The notes below the pieces were generated by a model. The model was not told where the DNA came from. It was given only the letters and a program-made list of their open reading frames with translations, and did not search any database. From Octopus sinensis (taxonomy: Eukaryota): a stretch of DNA of 58,390 nucleotides. Position 1 is the first letter of the stretch, and every line of letters begins with the position of its first letter. The position numbers were made by a program, and so were the translations under genes. Below, one piece after another: positions 37,116-50,625 of the stretch. The stretch is taken from positions 1 to 58,390 of the forward strand of contig NW_021833620.1 in the NCBI RefSeq assembly GCF_006345805.1. The letters run 5' to 3'.

Positions 37116-37640
37116 TTTCTTCGTTCCTTCCTTCCATCCTTCGTTTGTCTCTTTCTTTCCTTCTTTCGTTCTTTCTTTCTTTCTTTCTTTCCTTCCTTCC
37201 TTCATTCATTCTTCCTTCCTTCCTTCCATCCTTCGTTTGTCACTTTCTTTCCTTCTTCCGTTCTTTCTTTTTCTCTCTTTCTTTCTTTCTTCCTTCCTTC
37301 CTTCCTTCCTTCCTTCCTTCCATCCTTCGTTTGTTTGTTTCTTTCTTCCTTCCTTCCTTCTTCCTTCCTTCCTTCTTCCTTCCTTCCTTCCTTCTTCCTT
37401 CCTTCCTTCCATCCTTCGTTTGTTTGTTTCTTTCTTTTTTTCTTCCTTCCTTCCTTCCTTCCTTCCTTTCATCGTTTCTTTCTTCGTTTCTTTCTTCCTT
37501 TCTTCCTTCCTTTCTTCGTTTGTTTTTTTTCTTTCTTTGTTTCTTCCTTCTCTCTTCGCTTGTTTGTTTGTTTGTTTCTTCCTTCCTTCCTTCCCTTCTT
37601 CCTTCTTTCCTTTCTTTTTCGTTCCCTCTTTCTTTTTCAC
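37015..37640. repeat. Polypyrimidine (TTTC/TTCC)n array with a ~92 bp higher-order period
   Basis: Marker ttccatccttcgtttgt near 37131, 37223, 37318 and 37407. Confidence 0.9.
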
Positions 37641-37879
37641 TTTCTTAGGGGCTTTCATGATTTTTCTCTTTTCAACGTTTTTTTCTTTCTCCAGATTCAG
37701 TCAGATCCGACACTGCCCCAGAATACATTTACTCAAAATGCAACTCTGCACATATTGAACTCGAAACCACGAAGTTGTAACCAAAAGGACTTGTTAACTC
37801 AAGAAACCTACCAACAGAACATCAATGCAGCATGTTGCTCCAACTTATCACAATAGTCATGGAGTAACATCTTTGCCGT

Positions 37880-38049
37880 CACTACCACCATCATTGTCAT
37901 CATCGTCATCATCGTCATCATCAGCATCATCATCATCATCATCATCATCCTCATCGTGATCATCATCATCATCATCATCGTCGTCGTCGTCATCGTCGTC
38001 GTCGTCATCGTCATCGTCGTCATCGTAATCGTCATCGTCATCGTCATCG

Positions 38050-38087
<38 letters not shown>

Positions 38088-38124
38088 GTCATCGTCATCA
38101 TCATCGTCATCATCATCGTCATCG

Positions 38125-38162
<38 letters not shown>

Positions 38163-38294
38163 ATCATCGTCGTCGTCATCATCATCATCATCATTGTCAT
38201 CGTCATCATCATCGTCATCATCATCATCATCGTCATCGTCATCGTCGTCATCATCTTCATCATCGTCATCATCGCCATCGTCATCATCACATCG

Positions 38295-38325
<31 letters not shown>

Positions 38326-38430
38326 CTTACTGTCATCACTGACTAATTTTACCATCACAATCCTCACCACCACCACCATCCACAACAACAACAACAACAC
38401 CCTCATCGTCATTATCATCATTATCATTAG
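37880..38430. repeat. Cryptic (CAT/CGT)n trinucleotide array
   Basis: Direct reading. Confidence 0.95.
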
Positions 38431-38999
38431 CATTAGCATCGTCATTAATCTTCTTCTCCATCCCTAGCTATACCCACATGTGCAACAGCAACAACAACAA
38501 CAACAACAACAACAACAGTTTGCAATGGCTGCAAGAACAGTAATAGAGCGAACACAAATATCAAATTGAAATCCCGAAAGCCAAAATTGTTAAGAAAGTA
38601 TTTAACTTCTTAAACTAGTTCTACAAATATATATATATATATCAGTGCAAGAGGAAGGATAGAAACAGAGCGAAAGAGAGAGCGAGAGTGAGAGGGAGAG
38701 AGGAAGGTAAACAGAGAGAGACAGAGACAGAGATAAGGGATGAGAGATTGGGAAATATTTTAGTTTATTTGATGGGTTGGTGGAATTGACCGAGCCAGAT
38801 GAATTGATGATGTTTGCTAGCATGCGAAAATATAATTTAGACAGAATCAAGCAAACTTTAAGATGTCCGACGCAAATTACAGAGAAGAACTTATCCGAAC
38901 CAGCGGGAGACCCAGCCTATAATTAAGATCTCTAATTTGTTAATTCTAGTCTAGATGGGTCCCTTTCTGAAATCTGCATTGACGTAGCGACTATCTACA

Positions 39000-39784
39000 T
39001 CTATGCGTGTATGTACGCACGCACGTACATACGTACGTATGTATGTATGTATGTATGTATGTATGTATGTATGTATGTATGTATGTATGTATGTATGTAT
39101 GTATGTATATATGTATGTATGTATGAAGTATGTATGTATGTATGTATGTATGTATGTATGTATGTATGTATGTATGTATGTATGTATGTATGTATGAATG
39201 TATGTATGTATGTATGTATGTATGTATGTATGTATGTATGTATGAATGTATGTATGTATGTATGTATGAATGTATGTATGTATGTATGTATGTATGTATG
39301 TATGTATGTATGTATGTATGAATCTATGTATGTATGTATGCATGTATGTATGTACGTATGTATGTATGTATGTATATATGTGTGTATGTATGTATATATG
39401 TGTGTACGTTTGCATGTATGTACGTATGTATGTATGTATATATTTATGTATCTATGTACGTACGTACGTATGCAAGTATGTATGTATGTATGTACGTATA
39501 TATGTTCGTATGCATGCATATATGTTTGTAAGTATGTACGTGCGTATGCATGTATTTATGTATGCATGTATGTATGTATATATGTATATATGTATGTATG
39601 AATGCATGTATGTATGCTTGTACGTATGTACGTATGCATGCATGCAAGTATGTATGTATGCATATATTTAGGTATGTATGTATGATTGTTGTAATGTATG
39701 TATACGTGTTTGAGTGTATACGTGTATGTGAATATAGCGTGTGTGTTTGTGTGTGTGTCCTTGGGTCTGTGTGTATCTGTGTAT

Positions 39785-39827
<43 letters not shown>

Positions 39828-39860
39828 TGTGTGTGTCTGACTGTGTATGCGTGTATGCCA
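39000..39860. repeat. (TATG)n array grading into (TG)n
   Basis: Direct reading. Confidence 0.95.
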
Positions 39861-39904
39861 CACGGTTTAATCATTTATTGAAGAACACGGTATAGCTGTC
39901 CATG

Positions 39905-40545
39905 TGTTTAGCCCCTTGTGGGTAGCAAAGAATCGGTAGCACGCCGGGCGAAATGCGTAGCTGTATTTCATCTGTCTTCATGTTCTGAGTTCAAATTCCG
40001 CCGAGGTCGACTTTAATTTTCATCCTTTCCGGGTCAATAAATTAAGTACCAGTTACGCACTGGAGTCGATGTAATCGACTTAATCCGTTTGTCTGTCGTT
40101 GTTTGTCCTCTCTGTGTTTAGCCTCTTGTGGGTAGTAAAGAAATAGGTATTTCATCTGCCGTCACGTTCTGAGTTAAAATTGCGCCGAGGTCGACTTTGC
40201 CTTTCATCCTTTCAGGGTCGAAAAAATAAGTACCAGTTGCGTACTGCGGTTGATCTAATTGACTCGTCCCCTCCCCCAAAATTTCGGGCCTTGTACCTAG
40301 AGCAGAAATGAATAATACTGTGTAGGAAGGCGGCGAGGTGGCAGAAACGTTAGGACGCCGGGCAAAATGCTCAGCGGTATTACGTGTCTTTACGTTCTGA
40401 GTTCAAATTACGCCGAGATCTACTATGCCTTTCATCCTTTCAGGGTCGATAAATTAAATACCAGTTGCATACTGGGGTGGATGTAATCGACTGGTTCCCT
40501 CCCCCAAAAGTCGGGCCTTGTGCCTAGAGTGGAAAAGGATAATAC
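39905..40545 (+). mobile_element. SINE type B cluster: a multimer (39905-40310) followed by a monomer (40325-40545)
   Basis: Repeated B cores; new head aaggcggcgaggtggcagaaacg at 40327. Confidence 0.85.
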
Positions 40546-40705
40546 TGCGTAGCCTGGCCTTTTATCCAAAACCGAAATTAATACTAATGTGTAGTTACTG
40601 CGTGACAAGGCTGGCCTGTTTGAAATACGCGTTGTGTTCTCGAGCAAAACAGTTAATTTCATGATGCCTCAGTCCACTCAACTGTAGAAATAAGCACCAT
40701 TAGTC

Positions 40706-40935
40706 GAGACGTATCGCTTAGTGGTTAGGGTCTTAGATTCACGACCGTGAGATGTGGTTTCGATCCCTGAACCAGGTGATGCGTTGTGCTATTGAGAAAA
40801 GCAATTCGTCTCACGTTGCCTCAGTCCGCTCAGCTGTAAGTGAGTGATCCTGCAACAGACTTGTATCTTGTTCAGGAATAGTATTGTGAGGTTAGTCACT
40901 TATACGCCATAGATACCGAGTAATCGGCTCTACGA
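40706..40935 (+). mobile_element. SINE type D (preceded by a second D fragment at ~40625-40690)
   Basis: tcgcttagtgg A box, ggtttcgatccc B box, D body. Confidence 0.75.
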
Positions 40936-41964
40936 GTCCTAGAATTTGAAACAGAACTGATGTACTCTATTAGATAGAGTACATCGTCTAGAAATGATAG
41001 TACTCTATAAATAATTCTTTGTTTCTCTGTTGCTCAAATTTATTTACTTCTGCTGTGCAGTAAGAGCTCAGTTACTAATTCTTTCTCAGCACTAATCTGT
41101 TACTTAACTAAGTCTAGTAGCAATCTAGAGCTTTTTCTTTTGGGCAGTACAATGTTGCTACTAAATTATTATTTAGCTATATAACTCGTGCAGTGACGTT
41201 AGTTCATTGTCTTTAGGCTCTGTAGTTTTTGATAAGAGGTCAAAACAAATGATTATGATACATTTCGAACGACGCTTTGCTGTCTACCCAGCTTCGTTCG
41301 CTCCAGCATTATTATTTCGTATATGTTATCATTTAATACTACCTATAGTTATAGAGTATATACAGTGGTATGTGTGTTAACGAAAGAATTTTACTCGCTA
41401 TACAATAAACATAACTAGGTTTAAATACGTTATTCTATATTTATCAATTATAAGCTAGAATAGTCAGCAAAGAAAACAAACACATATTTTCAGATAAGAA
41501 ATACGAGAGAATGGTTGTTTGTTAGGATATTCTTTTCTTTTGAGGTAAGTGCATTCGTAGAATAGTTTTTGACAAAGGAGAAGAGAGCAGACTGTAGTGG
41601 GATTGAGCAAGGCTTGATTATCGTGTGAACAACCTCAATACGAACGATATAACACCAAATTCTTCGTGGTGGAGTAGTGTAAATAAGTGTAAAGATTATA
41701 TATATATATATATATACGTATATTGTGACAGTTGAAACACTCCTGTCACAAACTGTGACCCCTGAAGACTGGTTTAATGCAAGAAAGTATACTAGTCCCT
41801 TAATATTTTATATTCAATATTTCATCTATTCAATAAGACAATCAATACTTCATTTCATTTTACTATATATATATTATTTATATTCTATATTCTATATTCT
41901 ACATTAACATTATAAAGAATATAAATAAAACATAAAAAAGACAGGGCTAGAATTTCTTTGAATA

Positions 41965-41995
<31 letters not shown>

Positions 41996-42259
41996 TGTAT
42001 GTATGTATGTATGTATGTATGTATAAATCTGCAGCCCCTTATATTAATGAATAGACTGTTCTTATTAAGGACTTCTCTCTGAATTTTATCTCTAATGTTT
42101 ACGTTTTGTTTTATCATTCAAACCATGTACCAACTACTCGAAGCCTAAATGCACAATGCAAATATTACCTCGTGAATGTTTACACAGAGAAAAATAGACT
42201 TAAGACACGGCATGCGTTTATATAAATCCACAGGACCTCAGACAGATAATACTTTCCTT

Positions 42260-42570
<311 letters not shown>

Positions 42571-42577
42571 ATTATAA

Positions 42578-42750
42578 CGTAGTAACCTGTTCGGAGCAAT
42601 GCATGACTGAACTTGAGTCCAGTCATAAGAATTATCTCGATACCTGGGACAATAAAAGTCTGCAAGACCTTCTTAAGATTTAAAGGACGATGACGAAAAC
42701 ATGAGGCTTTCCTCCACAACCTTTCTACCTTGCAGGTGGCGGGTCATTGA
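42578..42750 (+). mobile_element. 3' end of a probable RLE-type non-LTR element (paralogue of 50420-50625)
   Basis: IISIPGTIKVCKTFLRF frame; nucleotide similarity to 50525-50625; followed by (CATA)n. Confidence 0.5.
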
Positions 42751-42949
42751 TACATACCTTTACCCACGCATGCACACATACATACATACATACGCACATA
42801 CATACATACATGCATACATACAGCAAAGCATATTATTTCACATTATTCCAATAATCTCAGCTATACAGGGTCCCCGGCCGGTTGCTGTTTCAGCTTTCTC
42901 TCTCCCCGGTTTTACAGAACACACAAACACGTGATTCGCACGCGCGCAC

Positions 42950-42987
<38 letters not shown>

Positions 42988-43650
42988 GGCCAAGCAAACA
43001 AATGCGCACTTACAGATATATCTTAAGATGTTCCTACATACTGGAACAAAAAGATCATTTACTGAAGGTTTTTTGTCTCGGAAAAAAGAAACAAATTTGG
43101 CAGAACTCTGCTTGAAACACCCCATATAAACCCTCATAACATTTTTATGTTTTAAAATTCAAAAACAAAAAAAAATTGCGAATTTGCATTCTACACACGG
43201 GAATTCATACGATTATGCAAAAAATTATGTGATTTCAGGACTATTTAGTTGTTATATTGAGCACATCCCATGACCACCCGATGCCTTACTAATTTGTCAC
43301 TGTGACGTACAGACGTTTTTCAATTTCTTTCTCGCCATAAACACATTTAAAAGTCTACTGCTGAGATTTAAGTAAAATATTCAGACTGTATTTTAATCTG
43401 ATTTTTAAAAAATTCGAAAACTTAAATAAAAATTTAAAAATTCCCAAAACAAGATAACTTTTATTTTATATAGACGTATTCATTTCAGTGTGTAGAAGAT
43501 AAATCCGCCAAAAATTCCAGAAATTTCAAAAAAACCAAAACAGTTATGAAGAGCTATAGTGGAGCATAAAACAAAATTTCGACGAAAATTTTATAGACTT
43601 TGTGCATCACAAAGCATCAAACGGAACTCTAAGTGATGTAAGCGAACCAG

Positions 43651-43687
43651 CAGACACAGCGTTTCGACGTGATTCGCCCTCTCAGTA
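43651..43687 (-). ncRNA. Degenerate minimal hammerhead-like motif
   Basis: Minus strand taCTGA-GA-G-GGCG(aatca)CGTC-GAAAC-gctgt-GTC-tg; core lacks one base. Confidence 0.45.
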
Positions 43688-43799
43688 TCAGACATAGTCT
43701 CGGTAATTTGGAATTATGCCGGGACTTCTGTCCCTATTCACATTAAATAGCAACAATACATATTCACTTGAGGGTAGCGAACTAGAAGAATGCTGAACA

Positions 43800-43985
43800 C
43801 ACAAGCAAAAAAAGCTTAGCAGCATTTCGTCCGTCTTTACGCTCTGAGTTCTAATTCCACCAAGGTCGAGTTTGCTTTATATCTTTTCGAGGGTGGTAAA
43901 ATATGTACTAGCTGATCGATATAAACTGGGATCGATATAAACGACTTAATCCCTTCTTCGAATTTGCTGGCTTTATGCCAGAAGC
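43800..43985 (+). mobile_element. SINE type B, diverged
   Basis: gagttctaattccaccaaggtcgagtttgc. Confidence 0.7.
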
Positions 43986-44435
43986 TGATGTCTATGAATA
44001 TATGCCTGCGTAATGCTGAGGCTTTCTCAAGCTGAATAAATTTTAAAACACAGGCAACGTCAATCATCAAAATAATGAGGGGTGCATGTATTTTTAACAA
44101 TCATCTGTGCACCAAAGCATGAAACGCATTAGCTATGGCAGGTAGGGTGGTAGGTAGGTAGGTAGGTAGGTATGCGTTTAGCCGTCTCACCGTTACCAAT
44201 TATAGTGAAGTGACTGTGTTAAGTTCTGCCGAATTAAGCATAATAAACATATTACTGATACAAGACAATCCCCTCAACGCATCTCACGAGGACTGCATCC
44301 TTCTAATTGTTTGGATTGGTTTCTCGACATAAACAAAGAATTTAAGATTATAGCTGTTAGGTTCAGACGCTAGCTTCGCAAGCATACGGATTCAGGTTCA
44401 ATGAACTGCTGCTGCTGCTACTGTTGCTGCTGCTG

Positions 44436-44486
<51 letters not shown>

Positions 44487-44574
44487 ATAATAATAATAAT
44501 AATATAATAATAATAATAGTAATAATAATAATAATAATGATGATGGTGATAATAATAATAATAATAATGATACT

Positions 44575-44750
44575 TAGTGGCATTTCTTCCGCCTTTATGC
44601 GCTGAGGTCGGCTTTGTTTTTCGCCGAAGTCAACTTTGCCTTTCATCTTGTAGGGAACGACAAAATAATTACCAACTGAGAAATGCCGTCGATGTAACCG
44701 ACTGACATCCATTCGTCAAAATTGCTGCTCTTGTGCTTTCAGTAGAAAAG
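44575..44750 (+). mobile_element. SINE type B, diverged
   Basis: gccgaagtcaactttgcctttcatc. Confidence 0.6.
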
Positions 44751-44916
44751 AATATATATTGCATCAATCAGTTACAAGAAAAAAAATGTAGATAGGAAAA
44801 TTTTCTAAAATACAGCAGAAATGACTTGACACAAGACATAACACCCATCCCAGGGGGAACAGAGGAAGTTAATAGTTACTACACAAACACACACACTTAA
44901 CATACATACATACATG

Positions 44917-44992
<76 letters not shown>

Positions 44993-45016
44993 AATATATA
45001 TATATATAATATATAT

Positions 45017-45047
<31 letters not shown>

Positions 45048-45057
45048 CATTAAATAC

Positions 45058-45088
<31 letters not shown>

Positions 45089-45117
45089 CATATATATACA
45101 TACATATATATTTATAT

Positions 45118-45178
<61 letters not shown>

Positions 45179-45180
<2 letters not shown>

Positions 45181-45340
45181 AGTTAAACGCAGGTGTTATT
45201 CAAATTCTTTTACTTCCGACACATGTTTCGAAGGTATCACTGGTATTATTCCAAAGGAATAAAATGGTGAAATGGTGGAAAACAATGTAATCTTCTTTTC
45301 AGGGAAATGAAGAAAAGAGACTCGTCAATAAGACATTTTA
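45179..45340 (-). mobile_element. Penelope-type 3' end abutting (TA)n, with a hammerhead-like motif (45213-45307) having a long stem II
   Basis: Minus strand tttcc-CTGAAAA-GAAG...CTTC-GAA-ACA(tg)TGT-C-ggaag: stem I 5 bp, GUC triplet, G8 mutated. Confidence 0.55.
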
Positions 45341-45344
45341 AAAG

Positions 45345-46140
45345 GTTACATATTGTCACTGATGAGTTTCAATTTTTAATAACTTCCTTAACTTTACAAA
45401 TAGATGCATGAAATTTTTATACAATATAAAGGATATACTGGTAATTAATATGTCAAATTTTGCAACACGACTACACTACATATGAAAAATGACATCGGTT
45501 AAATGGCAGCCATTTTCGGCTTCGCACGCCCGTGCACTTTCTAAAACTTGCACCATAACACCCTCAAGAGTTTCAGACCCCTTGTCTCTGATTTCTCAAT
45601 TGTTGTTCTCCTTCAGTTACATCCGGATCTCCGGTTTGTTGATGTAAACACTGTCTTTCACGAATCTCCACAAGAAAAATTCGAGCTAGTCAAGTCTTGG
45701 AAGCGTGAAGGCCAGTTGACATTGCCATTCGCGGTTCCTATGTTGATGTATACAAGTAAGGAAATACTTATATAAAATACGCAGCTTCAAACCACGACCA
45801 TTTAAACACAAGCGACAGTCTGGATAACTGAGCAACGTGGGTGACTGGTTGCCGAGACAAATTTCGGTACAATGAGAATCTATGACCGATGCGTGTTATC
45901 ACAGATCAATCCGTGCTAAGAGTGACATGGATCGCAACTGCGGTCGTCATGTCATCCAGCACAAGTGATGAATGTATCAGGTTAGACTTGTAAATCATAA
46001 ATTTCAGAAAAGGAAACAAAAGGAGGTCACGTGATAAAAGCTAACGATTGTCGTCTGTAAAATGAAATATGTCTGTGCATCATGATTTCTGAAATTTTGT
46101 GGGGCTGTGCCTCCTCTATAATGAACAGTTGTAGGTGATA
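45345..46140 (-). mobile_element. Decayed Tc1/mariner transposon
   Basis: Minus-strand NWPSRFQDLT / FFLW.FVKDSVYINKP / ACEAENGCHLTDVIFHM* C-terminal motifs with frameshifts. Confidence 0.65.
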
Positions 46141-46879
46141 TCGGTGCTGCTCTGCTTGTTGATCATGATGTATTGAACACTTTATATATAAAAATGAGAA
46201 AATAAATTACGAATAAAACGAAAGACGGCAAGAAATATATATATAAAAAAAGCACAGAGAATGACAAATATAAACGTATAAAAACAAGTTTAAATGAAAA
46301 ATGGATAAAAAAATAAGATGAAAATAAGATATGTAAACTAAACATGAAATATCGAAAAAAAGATAGAAAAACAAAATTGTGAACGTGATTCTTAATTATA
46401 TGTTATGGAAGTACAGCGTATTTTCTTTCTTTCTTTCTTTCGTTCTTTATTTATTTATTTAGAAAATCAGTAAATTGTTGTCGTGTAAAACTATTGCAGA
46501 TACATTAATGAATGTTAGAATGTATGACAACAGGCAACTGGCTGGAAGCGGTAAGAGACGATGTAAGTAGGTGATAAGTCTATAAAATCAGTAAAATTCG
46601 TAATAAAAGAGGATGGTGTTATTTATGTATCCGTGGCACTGAGAGGGGAAAAAATCTAGGTGAAATGTTATTTTACAATTAGGACATTTACCTGCTGAAA
46701 TATAGTCATATACGCCATAAATGAAGAAAGAAAACGAAGCAATATTATTCGATTTTTACTATTATATTGTTATTATTGTTTATCAGCAAATAGGAAAGGC
46801 AATCCCGGAAGCGTTTCGCCTTTGTTCACACTCATCAGCGAAACGTAGACTTTCGGAAACTTATCGAAGTATAAGAGAG

Positions 46880-47480
46880 AACATTTTCGGTAAATTTATT
46901 AATATAGAGCCATGCTGGCGTGAAGTAAAACAATACAGGCATTTTTGGATGTCTTTCGCTGTATCTTTGAATGCGGTTTTTAGCGTCGAAAAGAAATTAA
47001 GGCACTTGTTCTTTGTTTAAGAATTTACCTCCAAAATTGCATATTTTTTTGAGTTTGGTTCAACAGTGTAGCGCAATTGAGAATGCATCTTCTTCAATAG
47101 CCTCGTATGGAACAAGGTTTTGTGAGAGGAATTTGGTTGTCGGAATCATGGCGAAATATACACGAACAGATGTACGCTCTCTGTATCTCTCTCTTTCACA
47201 AATGCATATAATGGCAACGTATGGCAGAAACTGTGTGATGGTCAGAAATGTCATTTAGTGTTAGTCCTAATGAAACCTAATTTGATTTTTCCTTTCTGCT
47301 TTTCAAGATCAAGAAAATAACCGCTGGATAAAGAAGTAAGATTAACAAAACAGACAAAAAGTCTTTTAAAGTATTTCTCTTCGAAGTATTTTTGGTAGAA
47401 GTGTAAGAGCAACTTCCATGGTGATTTCAGGGTTTCTGTGACCTTTGGAACGAAAAAGGGAAGATTACTGAATCTAATCA
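46880..47480 (+). mobile_element. Possible ancient hAT-type transposase remnant
   Basis: Weak frameshifted motifs (WMSFAVSLNAV; FFNSLVWNKVL.RNLV; FKVFLFEVFL) in the order expected for ZMYM1-like hAT proteins. Confidence 0.25.
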
Positions 47481-48924
47481 ACAAATTGTATTCTCTAAGG
47501 AGGCGCCTAAGGGTCAGATAATGATGTTAAAACGAGCGGCGAATTAAGTCCGCTACTTCAAAACAGGAGCTGTCGTTTGGAGTGGTTTCTGTCAAGTAAT
47601 TCACGAGATTTAGTCAACAGGTAGATAATTCTAAACTACCGGACGGAGGGCGGCATTAAAGCCGAAATAATACAGAAGCAAAGCGGACATCTTAAGCCAA
47701 GACATACCTGTTTCTAAACTTACTGACTGAAATCCTCTAAGGTATAGAAAAGACTCCGTATTTATTACACGAATTTATGAAGAAACTAAACTTTACAGAG
47801 GCAATGTAAAAAATATTAAGAAAATAAAAAATAAAAACTATTCTTCTTTGTAAATGTCTGCCGACAATGATTTTTGACTGATATTGTATTTTTATTTCCT
47901 GCATATGCGAATATGTTTTAGCTATTTTATATTCTAATCATTAAATGTGTTGTCATCGTCAGTAAAAATGGCTGACTGCTGTAAAAATGAACCACGTTAA
48001 ATGTATAAGCTACAGTACGCATCACGAGTCTATTCACGGCGGATATGTTCAGGACAACAATAGTCAGCAGGAACTTTTTTGCTGTAAGAAGAAATTGCTG
48101 TATCTGCTCCACTAAAAATGTTCTGCTTTGTATGAAGATGTTCCACTGATTCCAATGATAATTCTCAGAAGGATTTACCATTTTACAATACCATTAGTTT
48201 CAATAAGATGTTGCTCGGCTACTGCCAACATGCTGACAATGGCAACATTTTTTCTTAAGGACATTTTCATAAAATAAACATTATCGTAGTCCATGCGACC
48301 TATATATAATTCTCCGGTCTGAACACTTTCTTAATGAAACATGCTGACTTGTCAAAATATATTTTGCGCTCTAAAACTATTGCATGAAGCAGAATAAATA
48401 GAAGACACCGAAAAAAAGTTTTAATTCTCACATTAAAATATATTATATAAAATCACTATTATTTGCTATAAAAGTACCTGAAAATGTTTTCTAAACTCTT
48501 TGTGAATCTTCGTAAATTCTTTTTTAGCGTGTTGCTATAAAAAATTGTCTCCTTCATCAGGAGTATCATTTAATGATTAATCAGCGAATATTTAACTACA
48601 GACTGGGAAGTAAGATATAAGTTTATATTAAACGGGATCCGTTAGCTAGTTTCGATTTCAGCAGGAAATCCGTTTGTTTAGATTTCCCTTGGCTCTCTTC
48701 GAAGAAATATTCCCTAATTAATAAAACGGCCAAGGCTGTTTAGTTCCTAATAAGGAAACGGAGTTTCCTTCAGAAAGGTAGATACACTTTAGATTCTCAT
48801 TTACTATTTTTTGGTAACGTAAATTAATAATGCGACATGATGGGACCTTGTCCCTGGATGTATGAATCTGCGGATACGTTTCGAAATCTTTTCGACCTCG
48901 ATATAGTGAGCAACTAGGGCGTCT

Positions 48925-48928
48925 CATC

Positions 48929-49014
<86 letters not shown>

Positions 49015-49081
49015 GCTAGCTAGCTAGCTAGCTAGCTAGCTACCTAGCTTACAATGTGTCTGTCTATCTGTCTATCTGTCA

Positions 49082-49156
<75 letters not shown>

Positions 49157-49190
49157 CATCTATCCATCAATCCATCTATCTATCTACCTG

Positions 49191-49275
<85 letters not shown>

Positions 49276-49292
49276 TTATCTATCTATCTATC
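48925..49292. repeat. (TATC)n/(TAGC)n array
   Basis: Direct reading. Confidence 0.95.
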
Positions 49293-49955
49293 TGTATCTG
49301 GTGGACGCGTCTGAAAGGGTTAGAGACAAACACTTTCCTCTCTGGTCAATCTCTCATCAACTTCTTCAAGTATCACTTGAAGAAAAAAGTGAGAGTAGAG
49401 AGGCAAGTTTTGTCTAGTGAATGTTTTAAAAAAAGATGGGTGAATGTAGCAAGGATGGCACGTATGAATGACGAAGCCACCTTGACTATGATTCTATGAA
49501 CCGTAAAAATTAATACAGAGAGTTGCTTATTTGCAAAAAAAAAAAAAAAAAAAAAAGAATATAACATGTGACTTCAATGACCGAGGTTACCGTGGTCTTT
49601 TCCGTAGGCTTTTCTTTCCACGGGTAAACCTCACCTGTCCCCCCCTTTACACTCATATTGACATTTCTGTGATAACGATCCCTATTGATCAATTTTTTCC
49701 TCTCCCCCCCCTTTTTTTTTAACCCCCCCTTTTTTTTTGTCCTCTTTCTCTCCTTTTACGATCCCTTTTGATCGACCCCCCTTTTTTATTTTATTTTTAT
49801 CTTATTTTCTTTTTTTTCTTTTTTTTTTTTTATTTTTTTTTTTTCTTTTTTTTTTATTTATTTATTTATTTATTTTTTTTTAAACCTTCAAAAGAAAAGC
49901 TCTACCTTGTAATTTGTTCTATCTGTGTGCAGCCCTGTGTGGCTAATAAAGAAAC
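49293..49955 (+). mobile_element. Tx1/L1-clade LINE 3' end, 5'-truncated, inserted in (TATC)n
   Basis: WWTRLKG...[39 protein letters not shown]...* (stop at 49499), T/C-rich 3' UTR, AATAAAGAAAC then (TATC)n. Confidence 0.65.
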
Positions 49956-49993
49956 ATATCTATCTATCCATCTATCTATCTATCTATCTATCT

Positions 49994-50093
49994 TTTTTTC
50001 TTTTGTTTTTTGTTCTCTTCATCCCCCAAAAGAAAAGCTCTACCTTGTAACTTGTCCCATCTGTGTGCAGCCCTGTGTGGCCAATAAAGAAAC
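49994..50093 (+). mobile_element. Second, shorter 3' end of the same LINE family
   Basis: aaagaaaagctctaccttgtaa..tgtgcagccctgtgtgg..aataaagaaac duplicates 49890-49955 with a few substitutions. Confidence 0.8.
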
Positions 50094-50151
50094 TTATCTA
50101 TCTATCTATCTAGCTAGCTTACAATCTGTCTGTCTATCTGTCTATCTGTCA

Positions 50152-50206
<55 letters not shown>

Positions 50207-50419
50207 CATCCATCTATCTATCTACTTGTCTGTCTGTCTATTTATCTATCTGTCTATCTATCTATCTATACATACATACATGCATACATACATACATACA
50301 TACATACATACATACATACATACATACATACATACATACATACATAAATACATACATACCTACATACATACATACATACATACATACATGCATACACTGT
50401 CAGCTTCATTTTTATTATT

Positions 50420-50625
50420 ATTGGAGTAACGGGATGCATGCCAAATCAGTCCGAAGCAAAGAAGTATGGTTGAACTTGGGATGTTGGGGGAGAGAATGCA
50501 AATCCTTAATCCACATGCTACAAATGATCGCGATATCTGGGATTATTCAAATCTGCAAAACCTTCTCTAAGATTTAAAGAATGACGGTTAAAAGAAGACA
50601 CTTTCCTTCACAACCTTGCTACCAC
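50420..50625 (+). mobile_element. 3' end of a probable RLE-type non-LTR element
   Basis: [20 protein letters not shown]-terminus; paralogous to 42578-42750; flanked by (CATA)n. Confidence 0.5.

Noticed and set aside
37808-38342. Poly-Met/Thr or poly-Ile/Val protein
   Set aside because: Cryptic (CAT/CGT)n array with no flanking coding context
40959-40985. 12 bp perfect hairpin followed by CTAG as a Helitron 3' end
   Set aside because: The stem is AT-rich, CTAG lies only ~2 nt away, and I found no matching 5' TC end or second copy
41000-41660. Possible decayed LINE C-terminus
   Set aside because: No motif could be read convincingly in any frame
47927-48181. 84 aa minus-strand ORF as a membrane-protein exon
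   Set aside because: No recognisable motif or splice context; the length is expected by chance
48545-48565. CTGATGA cores at ~48555 (-), ~53805 (-) and ~45359 (+) as hammerheads
   Set aside because: No matching stem II closure plus GAAA and cleavage triplet
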